A DNA stretch of 58,052 nt, from contig NYZT01000001.1 in NCBI GenBank assembly GCA_002687275.1, positions 1 to 58,052 on the forward strand, in the 5' to 3' direction. The notes under the pieces are model-generated. The model ran no database searches and was not told where the DNA came from. It saw nothing but the letters and a program-made list of their open reading frames with translations. A program made the translations under genes and the position numbers. Of the stretch, positions 7,951 to 16,168 are shown in pieces (within the stretch, counting starts at the first letter, position 1; each line of letters starts with the position of its first letter). This DNA is from Candidatus Woesearchaeota archaeon. GTDB lineage: Archaea; Nanobdellota; Nanobdellia; Woesearchaeales; ARS49.

Positions 7951-10785
7951 ATGGTCGAAATAAAGAAAATCAAGGAGAACGTGTGGGAGATCCCTAAGAA
8001 AGGCAAGATGCACGTACCCGGAAGGATATTCGCCTCTGACAAACTCATGGAGACTATTGCCGCAGATCAAAAAATACTCGAGCAGGTAGGAAATGTTGCG
8101 CAGCTTGAGGGTATCCAAGGACAGTCACTCGCCCTTAGTGACTGTCATCGTGGCTACGGCTTCTCCATAGGTGGCGTGGCAGGATTTCACACAGACAAAG
8201 GAGTTATATCTCCGGGAGGCGTGGGATACGATATTAACTGCTTAACTGGCGATGCAGAGATACTCACCGAGTTTGGGCAGAGCATTCCCTTGCAGGATTT
8301 TGCGGCCAGCACAACTGTCTCGCTCATCTCAGACGGCGCAAGAGTTCTTCAAAAGCTCAATTTTTTGCATAGCCTCCAAACGCTCAACACAAAGGAAAGA
8401 TCAATGGAAAGTCAAAAGGCTATAGGTTTCACAACCAAAGATAATGCCCAGGTGTTTCAGATAACCCTTTCTTCAGGACAACAAATTAAAGCCACTGGCG
8501 ACCATCCCTTTCTTACCCAAACAGGTATGGTACCTCTCGAAAAGATTGCCAAAGGAGATCGCGTGGGAGTCCATATGTTCAAAGGAATCGCATCGCAGGC
8601 TCCCGTGTCACCAAACCAGGCAATCATGGCTAAACTGTTTGGCTACCTCCTAGGGGATGGATCATTCACAAAAGCGAACGGGAAGACGCAGCTGTGGGCT
8701 TATGGAGAAAGGAAAGATCTTCTTGACATCCAAAAAGACCTACAGCGTTTGGATGTCTCTAGCCACATATACACACGAACCAGAGATCATCGCATCACAA
8801 CCAAATACGAATCACGGCACTTTAGGACCACCCATGACGAACTCAAGGTGACCCAAAGGGCGTTTTGTGACCTGCTGGAAGAACTCGGTATGCCTGTAGG
8901 CAACAAGACACGCCAAAGGATTCGCGTCCCTCGATGGATCAAGAATGGTCCAAAAGCCATCAAAAGACTATTCCTGGCAGGCTTCTTTGGAGCAGAAATG
9001 TCAACTCCCAAAACCTCAAGCAAGACATCATTCATGTGCCCAACGGTAGACCACAACAAGATAGCAGACCTTACGAGCAACGCACACGACTTCCTCGGGG
9101 ATGTGGCTATGTTGCTTGAGGACCTCGGCATCCACAAGTACCGAATTTCACAGATGGACGACCACGTGAACAAGTACGGAGAAGGCACTCGAAGGTTCAG
9201 ACTTATCATCCTCGGAGAGCAATCAATGGTCCGACTGTGGCAGACCATTGGTTTTGAGTACAACCAAAAGCGAAGCCAGATGGCTAACATTGCATGCTTG
9301 TACGTTCTGCAGAAGCAGCAAGAAAACGCCTATCGCGTCCGCCTTAGTCAGGAGATTAAAAGCTTCAGAAAGAAAGGTGGAACCATCTCGGAAGCAAGAA
9401 AGAGATTTGCGCACAGGATTAACAAAAGATTTGTTGAGCGACACTACTATGAAAAAGTAGGACAGCGAATCTCTCTTGATTTCCCCTCATTTGAAACGTT
9501 TGTAGAGGGAAAAAAAGTAGAATTAGCAAAACATGGATGCCTCTTCGACACCATTACCCACGTCGAACCTGTAAAAGGTAAACACACCGTGTATGATTTC
9601 AACGTCCAGGAAAACCATAACTTCGTCGCCAACGGATTTATTGTATCCAACTGCGGCGTACGACTCCTCACCACCACCATTCCCAAAGAAGCGCTCATGG
9701 GCAAGCGAGAAGAACTCATCCAAGAATTGAACAAAGCAGTTCCCTCAGGCGTTGGAAGGGGCGGAGATTTTTCCCTATCCAAAGAAGACATGGAAGATGT
9801 GCTGAACAAAGGCAGCCACTGGGCAAAACAAAAAGGCTATGCCACCGATGAAGACATCGACAAGACAGAAGACACCGGCATCATCCAAGGGGCAGACGCA
9901 AAAGAAGTGTCTGACAAGGCCAAAAAGCGCGGGAGGGGCCAGCTAGGCACCCTCGGCAGCGGCAACCACTTCCTAGAACTCCAAGAGGTAGAAACCGTCT
10001 ACGATGAAAACGTTGCCAAAACATTTGGTCTCGAAAAAGGCCAGATCTGCCTCATGATCCACACTGGCAGCAGAGGCACCGGCCACCAAACCTGCTCCGA
10101 CTACATCCACAAAATGGAAAACGAGTACGGATGGAAACACCTGCCAGACAGAGAGCTCACCTGCGCGCCCATCAAAAGCGATCTAGGCACGCAATACAGA
10201 AAAGCAATGGCAGCCGCAGCAAACTTTGCCTTTTGCAACAGACAAATAATCACGCACCAGGTCAGAAAAGTCCTCCAAGAGAACTTCCCAGAAGCAGACG
10301 TCAAAGTAGTGTATGACATCGCTCACAACATCGCAAAATTTGAGAAGCATGTCGTGGATGGCAAGGAAACAGAGCTCTGCGTGCACCGAAAAGGCGCAAC
10401 ACGAAGCTTTGGACCTGGAAGGAAAGAGATTCCTGAAGATTACCGCGAGGTAGGCTGCCCCATATTCATCCCAGGAAGCATGGGCACGTATAGCTACGTG
10501 CTTGTAGGCACTAAAGAAGCAGAAGACATAAGCTTAGCAAGCACCGCACACGGTGCCGGTCGAGTCATGTCCCGCTCCCAAGCCAAACGCGACATCACAC
10601 CCGAGCACGTCAAGCAAGAACTGGCAGCACATGGCGTAGCCATCAAAGCCGGCTCTGTCAAAGGAATGGTGGAGGAAGCACCAGAAGCCTACAAAGACGT
10701 CAACGAAGTCGTACGCGTATCCGACGAGCTAGGCATCGGCAAGATGGTCGTGCGATTAAAACCCATAGCGGTCGTGAAGGGTTAG
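7951..10785 (+). CDS. rtcB: RNA-splicing ligase RtcB, interrupted by an intein
   Basis: RtcB blocks are present: GGVGYDIN...CGVRLL, GSGNHFLE, MIHTGSRGTGHQ, HNIAKFE, PGSMGT and AHGAGR. The track start at 7936 is TTG; the ATG at 7951 lies ~29 nt from the TATA. The protein is 944 aa, of which 471 are intein, leaving 473 aa of extein. Confidence 0.95.
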   Translation: MVEIKKIKENVWEIPKKGKMHVPGRIFASDKLMETIAADQKILEQVGNVAQLEGIQGQSLALSDCHRGYGFSIGGVAGFHTDKGVISPGGVGYDINCLTGDAEILTEFGQSIPLQDFAASTTVSLISDGARVLQKLNFLHSLQTLNTKERSMESQKAIGFTTKDNAQVFQITLSSGQQIKATGDHPFLTQTGMVPLEKIAKGDRVGVHMFKGIASQAPVSPNQAIMAKLFGYLLGDGSFTKANGKTQLWAYGERKDLLDIQKDLQRLDVSSHIYTRTRDHRITTKYESRHFRTTHDELKVTQRAFCDLLEELGMPVGNKTRQRIRVPRWIKNGPKAIKRLFLAGFFGAEMSTPKTSSKTSFMCPTVDHNKIADLTSNAHDFLGDVAMLLEDLGIHKYRISQMDDHVNKYGEGTRRFRLIILGEQSMVRLWQTIGFEYNQKRSQMANIACLYVLQKQQENAYRVRLSQEIKSFRKKGGTISEARKRFAHRINKRFVERHYYEKVGQRISLDFPSFETFVEGKKVELAKHGCLFDTITHVEPVKGKHTVYDFNVQENHNFVANGFIVSNCGVRLLTTTIPKEALMGKREELIQELNKAVPSGVGRGGDFSLSKEDMEDVLNKGSHWAKQKGYATDEDIDKTEDTGIIQGADAKEVSDKAKKRGRGQLGTLGSGNHFLELQEVETVYDENVAKTFGLEKGQICLMIHTGSRGTGHQTCSDYIHKMENEYGWKHLPDRELTCAPIKSDLGTQYRKAMAAAANFAFCNRQIITHQVRKVLQENFPEADVKVVYDIAHNIAKFEKHVVDGKETELCVHRKGATRSFGPGRKEIPEDYREVGCPIFIPGSMGTYSYVLVGTKEAEDISLASTAHGAGRVMSRSQAKRDITPEHVKQELAAHGVAIKAGSVKGMVEEAPEAYKDVNEVVRVSDELGIGKMVVRLKPIAVVKG
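8239..9651 (+). mobile_element. Full-length intein with a LAGLIDADG homing-endonuclease domain inside rtcB
   Basis: The N-junction is GYDIN|CLTGDAEIL (block A). Block B is KATGDHPFLT. The two LAGLIDADG motifs are KLFGYLLGDGSF and RLFLAGFFGAEMS. The C-junction is VYDFNVQENHNFVANGFIVSN|CGVRLL. The segment is 1413 nt, which is 471 codons in frame. Confidence 0.9.
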
Positions 10786-10815
10786 ATTTAAAAGCCAGCC
10801 CCGTACTGACAGCCC

Positions 10816-11160
10816 ATGTGGCCAAGATTTCTTAGAAAGAAACACGAGACCTACACGCTGCAGACAGGAGCATCAGTAAAGGTTCCTATCGGCACGATCA
10901 ACAGGGGTAAAAGGCTTATTGACTTGGCAAGCGCAGGGAGAGAAGGACTGTGGGCCGGTGTCCATTCATACCGCGGATTTCTTTGCGATGAGGACAACGT
11001 GGACGCAGCGCTGGCCGCCGGACAGGATGATCCGAACGCCATTGACGAAACCTATCTACGGTTAGGACGAGCGTTGGTTAGGGGCCAAAAGCGTAAGCAT
11101 ACTAGAATGCGAACAGAACTTTCTGATGCTATCGCAACCGTGGCTACCACGAATTCATAG
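10816..11160 (+). CDS. Hypothetical protein (114 aa)
   Basis: ORF with a TATA-like gatttaaaagcc ~26 nt upstream of the ATG. No domain recognised. Confidence 0.5.
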   Translation: MWPRFLRKKHETYTLQTGASVKVPIGTINRGKRLIDLASAGREGLWAGVHSYRGFLCDEDNVDAALAAGQDDPNAIDETYLRLGRALVRGQKRKHTRMRTELSDAIATVATTNS

Positions 11161-11755
11161 CATCGCGGTGTTCGGCAGACCACAAAGCCATTCTCGTCTC
11201 GCGGGGTAGATGCTCACGATAATCGCTCAGACCAAAAGTCGTGGCGACGTGGGTTGGCTCTTCCCAAATAGGATCTGCCGCGAGCTCGACAGGGTAAGCG
11301 TACAGCACGTGCTCACCAAAGGGCATCATACTTTGCGGTCCTCGGTGAACAGGCACGCACCCCTTTTCCTCAACGCCTCCGATCACCTCAAAATAGTCCT
11401 TTCCCCCTCCCCAAGGAAGAATGCTTTTCAGTATCCTAATCGGTCCTGGAACGCAACCCTCTTCTGCGGGCGAGTACACAACCACAGGAACCCATGCGGA
11501 GGTGGTGCGGGATGATTGGACGTACAAGGGCGTGCCCATGCGAAAGAACTCTGCATCAATCTGGGGAAGGACAAGATCGTGAGCTTCCCCCATAGCCGTG
11601 TCGCTGCGAGCGTCACTGTCGATTTTTGTGGACACTATTTTGGCCTCGCTCCGTGCAAAATTTCTTCCCGAGCCATCGCTTAACTCCCACTCATAGAAAG
11701 ACATGTACGGACGCCCTGTGGACTTTACCGACTTCAGCAACGTTGTCAGGCTCAT
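11144..11755 (-). CDS. Hypothetical protein, translationally coupled to the DUF1858-IscA gene
   Basis: The track ORF extends to 11779. The ATG at 11755-11753 forms an ATGA overlap with the upstream stop (11754-11752). No domain recognised. Confidence 0.55.
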   Translation of the reverse strand: MSLTTLLKSVKSTGRPYMSFYEWELSDGSGRNFARSEAKIVSTKIDSDARSDTAMGEAHDLVLPQIDAEFFRMGTPLYVQSSRTTSAWVPVVVYSPAEEGCVPGPIRILKSILPWGGGKDYFEVIGGVEEKGCVPVHRGPQSMMPFGEHVLYAYPVELAADPIWEEPTHVATTFGLSDYREHLPRETRMALWSAEHRDAMNSW

Positions 11756-12309
11756 GAGAAACTCTTCCCGCACCCGCAACCTTGGTTGTTCGGGTTTGTG
11801 ATTCTGAAGCCTGCGTCTTGCAAGTCGTCACGGTAGTCAATCGTGCTGCCCTTGATGAGATCTTGATCTTGCTTGTTGATGAATATCTTTACACCATGCT
11901 CTTCTAGGACGAGAGCGTCGCCTGCGTCTTCGGTTAGCTCCAACGCGTAGGTGTTGCCTTTGCAGCCGCCCTGGGCGACGTCAACCCTTAGCCCTGCCTC
12001 TGGCTTGCCCTCTGCCTTCAGTATTTCTTTTAGCTTTGTAGCTGCCTTTTCAGTAACCGTGATGGCCTTTCCTTCGTTCTCAGCATCCACCGCAGCCATC
12101 TTGTTAAGATCCGTAATAACCTCTTCAATCTCTGCATCACTCATGCCGTGGCTCTTGAAGCCCTGCTCGATACTTTCATGGCTTGCCCCCTGGCAGCCTA
12201 CACAGTGCACGCCTGCCGCCATCAACACGTCTACCGCGCTAGGATACTTCTGGATGACATCGCCAATGAGCATGTCCTTCTTTACCAAGGCTTCCATAGA
12301 TGTGTACAT
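11752..12309 (-). CDS. Fusion of a DUF1858-like redox-disulfide domain and a HesB/IscA-type Fe-S carrier
   Basis: The N-terminus IGDVIQKYPSAVDVLMAAGVHCVGCQGASHESIEQG resembles the hybrid-cluster-protein-associated CxxC domain. The C-terminus ITVTEKAATKLKEIL...GGCKGNTYALEL...NPNNQGCGCGKSF is a classic IscA/HesB with its three Cys. Confidence 0.8.
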   Translation of the reverse strand: MYTSMEALVKKDMLIGDVIQKYPSAVDVLMAAGVHCVGCQGASHESIEQGFKSHGMSDAEIEEVITDLNKMAAVDAENEGKAITVTEKAATKLKEILKAEGKPEAGLRVDVAQGGCKGNTYALELTEDAGDALVLEEHGVKIFINKQDQDLIKGSTIDYRDDLQDAGFRITNPNNQGCGCGKSFS

Positions 12310-12385
12310 AGGAGGACGGTTTATATGTCTTGTGGATGGACCAAGAATACTTAAGGTTTTTAAGCCATCACCTGGCTATCCTCGT

Positions 12386-12817
12386 ATGAGTTATTTACGA
12401 GCAGCAGGATTTGTTTTGACCGCCACCGCGCTCGCAGTCCAGGGGTGCATTCCCATTCTTGTCCAGCGACGCGATTATCAATGGCGCGGCGTGTGCAAAT
12501 GGAATCGTATGGGCGAGCAGCACCCCGTTCTTATGGGGGCGGAAGTTGGCGCATCCACCGAGAGTGCTGAGGACGTTGATGGAGATGGTGACATGGATCT
12601 TGTTCGTACGTCAAATAGAGAATACGCAGTTATCCGTGGCAGGAACATGCATCTCAATATACACAACGGGGTTGCCACCGTGCGCCATGTTAGAAAATTA
12701 AGATTTGGCAGGCTCGGCAAGGAAAAACATCTCGATACAGATCTCAACCTACCGTGCTGGGTAGACCTAAAGGACATTCATTTCGTTAAGAAGGACCCTC
12801 GTAAATGGAAGCGTTAG
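12386..12817 (+). CDS. Putative lipoprotein with one FG-GAP/Ca-binding-like motif
   Basis: This is the 3' part of track ORF 11951-12817, whose 5' part is antisense to the IscA gene. From the ATG at 12386 it reads MSYLRAAGFVLTATALAVQGC (signal/lipobox-like) and contains DVDGDGDMDLV. It overlaps the next gene by 13 nt. Confidence 0.45.
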   Translation: MSYLRAAGFVLTATALAVQGCIPILVQRRDYQWRGVCKWNRMGEQHPVLMGAEVGASTESAEDVDGDGDMDLVRTSNREYAVIRGRNMHLNIHNGVATVRHVRKLRFGRLGKEKHLDTDLNLPCWVDLKDIHFVKKDPRKWKR

Positions 12818-13749
12818 TAACCGGAGGGGCAGGATTCTTAGGCACCCACTTGGTAAAGCGATTACTCAAGGACGGCCACACCGTTCATGTGTTGGATAAT
12901 TTGCAAACAGGCAGCTTGCACAACCTACAACCACTCATCCAGGAGTTCGGAGACAGGATAAAGTATCAGCAGCATGACGTCCTCCAACCGTTTCCAGAGT
13001 TTGGGAATCTAGACCAAATATTCCATCTCGCCTGTCCAGCCTCTCCCATCCACTACCAAAAGGATGAGTTGAACACGCTAAAAGTAAACGTCATAGGCAC
13101 GTTAAACGCCATTGAGTGCGCAAAAAATTCTGGAGCAAGACTACTCATAACCTCAACGTCAGAAGTGTACGGCGATCCTTTGGAAAGCCCACAGAAAGAG
13201 ACCTATCGCGGCAACGTCTCAACAACAGGCATTCGAGCGGCGTATGACGTGGGCAAGATGGGCGCAGAGGCAGCGGTTGCTGCAGCAACAAGACAGCAAG
13301 GCATCCAAGGAAGGATTGTGCGTATTTTCAACACGTACGGACCAGGCATGAGTCCAAAAGATGGCCGCGTCATCCCTAACTTCATCCAAGCAGCGCTCAA
13401 AGGCGAACCACTAGAGATATACGGAGATGGCTCCCAAACAAGAAGCCTGTGCTTTGCAGACGACATGGTGGAAGGTCTACTGAAGGCTGCTGCAAGCGAC
13501 CACCCCGAGCCCATCAATCTTGGCAATCCTGACGAGCGCACGATCAAAGAGCTGGCATTACTAATAATCAAACTCACCGATTCGAAAAGCAAACTAGTAG
13601 AAAAGCCCCTACCGCAGGACGATCCAAAACAAAGGTGCCCTAACATCACTAGGGCAAAAGAAATATTAGGATGGCAGCCCAGGATCTCCTTAGAGGAGGG
13701 CCTCAGGGCCACCATCCCTTATTTTGAGGCCTTACAAACTAGGGTTTAA
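12805..13749 (+). CDS. NAD-dependent UDP-glucuronate decarboxylase-like epimerase/dehydratase (extended SDR)
   Basis: The N-terminus VTGGAGFLGTHL is a Rossmann motif, TSTSEVYGDP and YDVGKM supply the catalytic Y-xxx-K, and the length is 314 aa. Confidence 0.8.
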   Translation: MEALVTGGAGFLGTHLVKRLLKDGHTVHVLDNLQTGSLHNLQPLIQEFGDRIKYQQHDVLQPFPEFGNLDQIFHLACPASPIHYQKDELNTLKVNVIGTLNAIECAKNSGARLLITSTSEVYGDPLESPQKETYRGNVSTTGIRAAYDVGKMGAEAAVAAATRQQGIQGRIVRIFNTYGPGMSPKDGRVIPNFIQAALKGEPLEIYGDGSQTRSLCFADDMVEGLLKAAASDHPEPINLGNPDERTIKELALLIIKLTDSKSKLVEKPLPQDDPKQRCPNITRAKEILGWQPRISLEEGLRATIPYFEALQTRV

Positions 13750-13773
13750 AAGGCAGGTTTAACTCGTATACGC

Positions 13774-14526
13774 ATGGATCAGCTGCAGTCTCATTTGCAG
13801 CGAGTGGGATTAAAGGACAAAGAAGCAAAAGTGTATCTCGCTCTGTTGCGCCTGGGAAAATCCAAGGTGACAGCCATATCTCAAGAATCAGGTCTATTGC
13901 GCACAACCACGTATGAAACACTGAAAAACCTCGTCAGGAAAGGTTTCGTGTCCTCGTTTGATTTCGAAAAAGTCCAACACTTCATCGCGGCCAATCCTCG
14001 TCGGGTTCTAGAAGACTTGGACGCAAGAATGCACGCTTTTAAAGAAGTGCTCCCGACGCTGGACGCGTACAAAAACACCACGCTTAAGCCATTTGAGGTG
14101 GAACACTTTGAGGGAAAAGCAGGTGTGCGCTCAATACTTCACGACACGCTGACCAGCAAGGAGATACTGGTTTTTGGCAATTTTAAGAGTTTTAAAGACC
14201 ACTTCACCTATGAAGAAGAAAAATATGTGCGTGAAAGAGTGGAAAAAGGCATTCCCCTACGCATGCTGTCGGAGATCTCAGATGCAACAACCAAGCTGAA
14301 AGAGGGCGACAGCGTAGAACTTCGCGAGGTTCGGTTTATCGAAGAATACCAAGACACTCCGTCGGAGGTTTTTATATACGGCGACAAGCTTGCCTTTATC
14401 ACCTATGCCGCAGGAGATCTCCACGGAGCCATCGTCAGCAACGGCCAAGTGGCAAAACTCATGAAAAATCATTTTGAGGCCCTATGGAAATGCGCCAAAA
14501 TAGACCCTTTTAAAGTGTCAGAATAA
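13774..14526 (+). CDS. trmB: TrmB-family transcriptional regulator
   Basis: The N-terminal wHTH LQRVGLKDKEAKVYLALLRLGKSKVTAISQESGLLRTTTYETLKNLVRKGFV is characteristic of TrmB. A TATA (gtttaaaagg) lies ~26 nt upstream of the ATG. Confidence 0.8.
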   Translation: MDQLQSHLQRVGLKDKEAKVYLALLRLGKSKVTAISQESGLLRTTTYETLKNLVRKGFVSSFDFEKVQHFIAANPRRVLEDLDARMHAFKEVLPTLDAYKNTTLKPFEVEHFEGKAGVRSILHDTLTSKEILVFGNFKSFKDHFTYEEEKYVRERVEKGIPLRMLSEISDATTKLKEGDSVELREVRFIEEYQDTPSEVFIYGDKLAFITYAAGDLHGAIVSNGQVAKLMKNHFEALWKCAKIDPFKVSE

Positions 14527-14568
14527 TACACCAAACCTTTTTATGCCACCCTCAGGTTACGGAGGAAG

Positions 14569-15555
14569 GTGACTCAAGTGGGAAACGAATATCTGATAAC
14601 ACTGGACATTACACCAGCTCTTCAAAATATGCTGAAGATTCCTCTGAGCTTTGAAACCAAGGGAAGACTCCTTTCGTTTGAACACGAGCTGGCCCGCCAG
14701 TTCTGGCAGCATGGATTTGTGAGTCCTGAAGACAGACAGCATAGCCTAAGCTCCGGAGACATTAGCACCCACGTGTACGAAGCATTAGCCGAGGAGCCAA
14801 GACCCGTGGTTTCCTTTGACGTAACTCACTTCCCCACGATCCGCTCAGTCCCGTTCAGCATCACGCGACTGACCAGTCCGGTTGACCCATCCCAGTACAA
14901 ATTCGGTCCACGAAAAGGCCACGAAGACCTACCCGAACAGATCGAGATCCTAAGCAAAGATCTTAACGGATCCGCCCCAGTAATTCTAGACATTGGAACC
15001 TACAGCGGAGGAAGCATAGTGGTTCCTATACTCTCTGGTTCCATGAGCGAAGATGAAAAAAAATTGATGATCGAACACGGAGTAATCACCGACAAAACCG
15101 AGGTAGACGCGTACAAAGGATTCCGAGCCCAAGGAATAATGCCCCAAGCGGTATACATGGGCGTCGGAGGGAAGAGAGCCGTTGAAGCGTTGAGAGCTTT
15201 AGGAATTGAGACTCACGTCCTTCACGAGTTCGAGTTTAGAGACTGGATAGAGCTACGAGACGTCATCGGCGTTGACGGGCGAAAGGTTGATGAAACATAT
15301 TTGAGCGAAGCAGCGGTAGCCAAATCTCAAACACACCAAAAATTCATCCCGTATAGAGAAAGACCTGAAGATTGGGCAACCATTCTTCCAAAGAAGCACG
15401 AAGAATTCGTGAAATGGTGTGATAAAAGTTTTGACCAGCTATGTTCAATAGTTAAAGAAGGAGGCATAACTCTCGAGCGTGTCCAGTTAGACCCTGCTGA
15501 AACAGCAGAAGGATCACTACCTTGCTACTTTTTGAGGTGGGCGTATGCGAGTTGA
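14569..15555 (+). CDS. Hypothetical protein, first gene of the coupled cassette, with a weak PRPP-loop-like motif
   Basis: 328-aa ORF with a GTG start and a tttttat box ~25-30 nt upstream. PVILDIGTYSGGS loosely resembles a phosphoribosyltransferase PRPP loop but lacks the acidic pair. There is no confident family assignment. Confidence 0.6.
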   Translation: MTQVGNEYLITLDITPALQNMLKIPLSFETKGRLLSFEHELARQFWQHGFVSPEDRQHSLSSGDISTHVYEALAEEPRPVVSFDVTHFPTIRSVPFSITRLTSPVDPSQYKFGPRKGHEDLPEQIEILSKDLNGSAPVILDIGTYSGGSIVVPILSGSMSEDEKKLMIEHGVITDKTEVDAYKGFRAQGIMPQAVYMGVGGKRAVEALRALGIETHVLHEFEFRDWIELRDVIGVDGRKVDETYLSEAAVAKSQTHQKFIPYRERPEDWATILPKKHEEFVKWCDKSFDQLCSIVKEGGITLERVQLDPAETAEGSLPCYFLRWAYAS

Positions 15556-16168
15556 GCCAAACGAACTAGATGCACACCTCCTAGACAGAGGAATCCAATG
15601 GGTTGTTGCCTACTCTGGTGGTAGCGACGATCACGCAGATATTGTTAAAGATGTCATCTCAGACAGCATGCTAGAACTCCCCGACCACGCGGCAATCCTG
15701 ACCGGGGGCACACCGTATGGCGTGCCAAAGATAGCAACAGAGATGGCGAGAGAACGAGGCTACACAACCATAGGGGTTTTTCCAGAACGCGGTGAGGAAA
15801 AAGCCCTGCACGATTTACTTGACTTTGAGATACTGGTACGACCACACTATGGCACGTCTGAATATGGAGATGAAAGCGAAGTTTTTGTCAAGGCAAGCAA
15901 CGCCATGATTGTTATCGGAGGATCAATGGGCACAGCTATTGAATTCAGCCACGCGATGAAAATAAACGATCGAAGACTAGATCCAAAATACAAAGATAAA
16001 CAAGAGACCCCAAACCCAATCTGGGTCGCACCCCTAAGAGGCGTTGGAGGGTTCTCTCAAGCAGCATACGAACTACCTCTGAATGATAGAATGCGTGAGG
16101 CTCTGCCACAAGAAATCATAAGCGATGGAAAACAAGCAGGAGAGTGGATAGAATGCCACCTCAGATAA
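15545..16168 (+). CDS. LOG/SLOG-like (TIGR00725-like) Rossmann protein
   Basis: ILTGGTPYGVPKIATEMARERG and MIVIGGSMGTAIEF resemble the LOG GGxxG and GGxGTxxE motifs, the second with one extra residue. It overlaps the upstream gene by 11 nt. Confidence 0.6.
   Translation: MRVEPNELDAHLLDRGIQWVVAYSGGSDDHADIVKDVISDSMLELPDHAAILTGGTPYGVPKIATEMARERGYTTIGVFPERGEEKALHDLLDFEILVRPHYGTSEYGDESEVFVKASNAMIVIGGSMGTAIEFSHAMKINDRRLDPKYKDKQETPNPIWVAPLRGVGGFSQAAYELPLNDRMREALPQEIISDGKQAGEWIECHLR

Noticed and set aside
11951-12385. The 5' two-thirds of the 288-aa plus-strand ORF 11951-12817
   Set aside because: It is antisense to the well-supported DUF1858-IscA gene (11752-12309). The translation is low-complexity and Ser/Ala/Pro-rich with no motifs. 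Only the part after the ATG at 12386 lies in free DNA.
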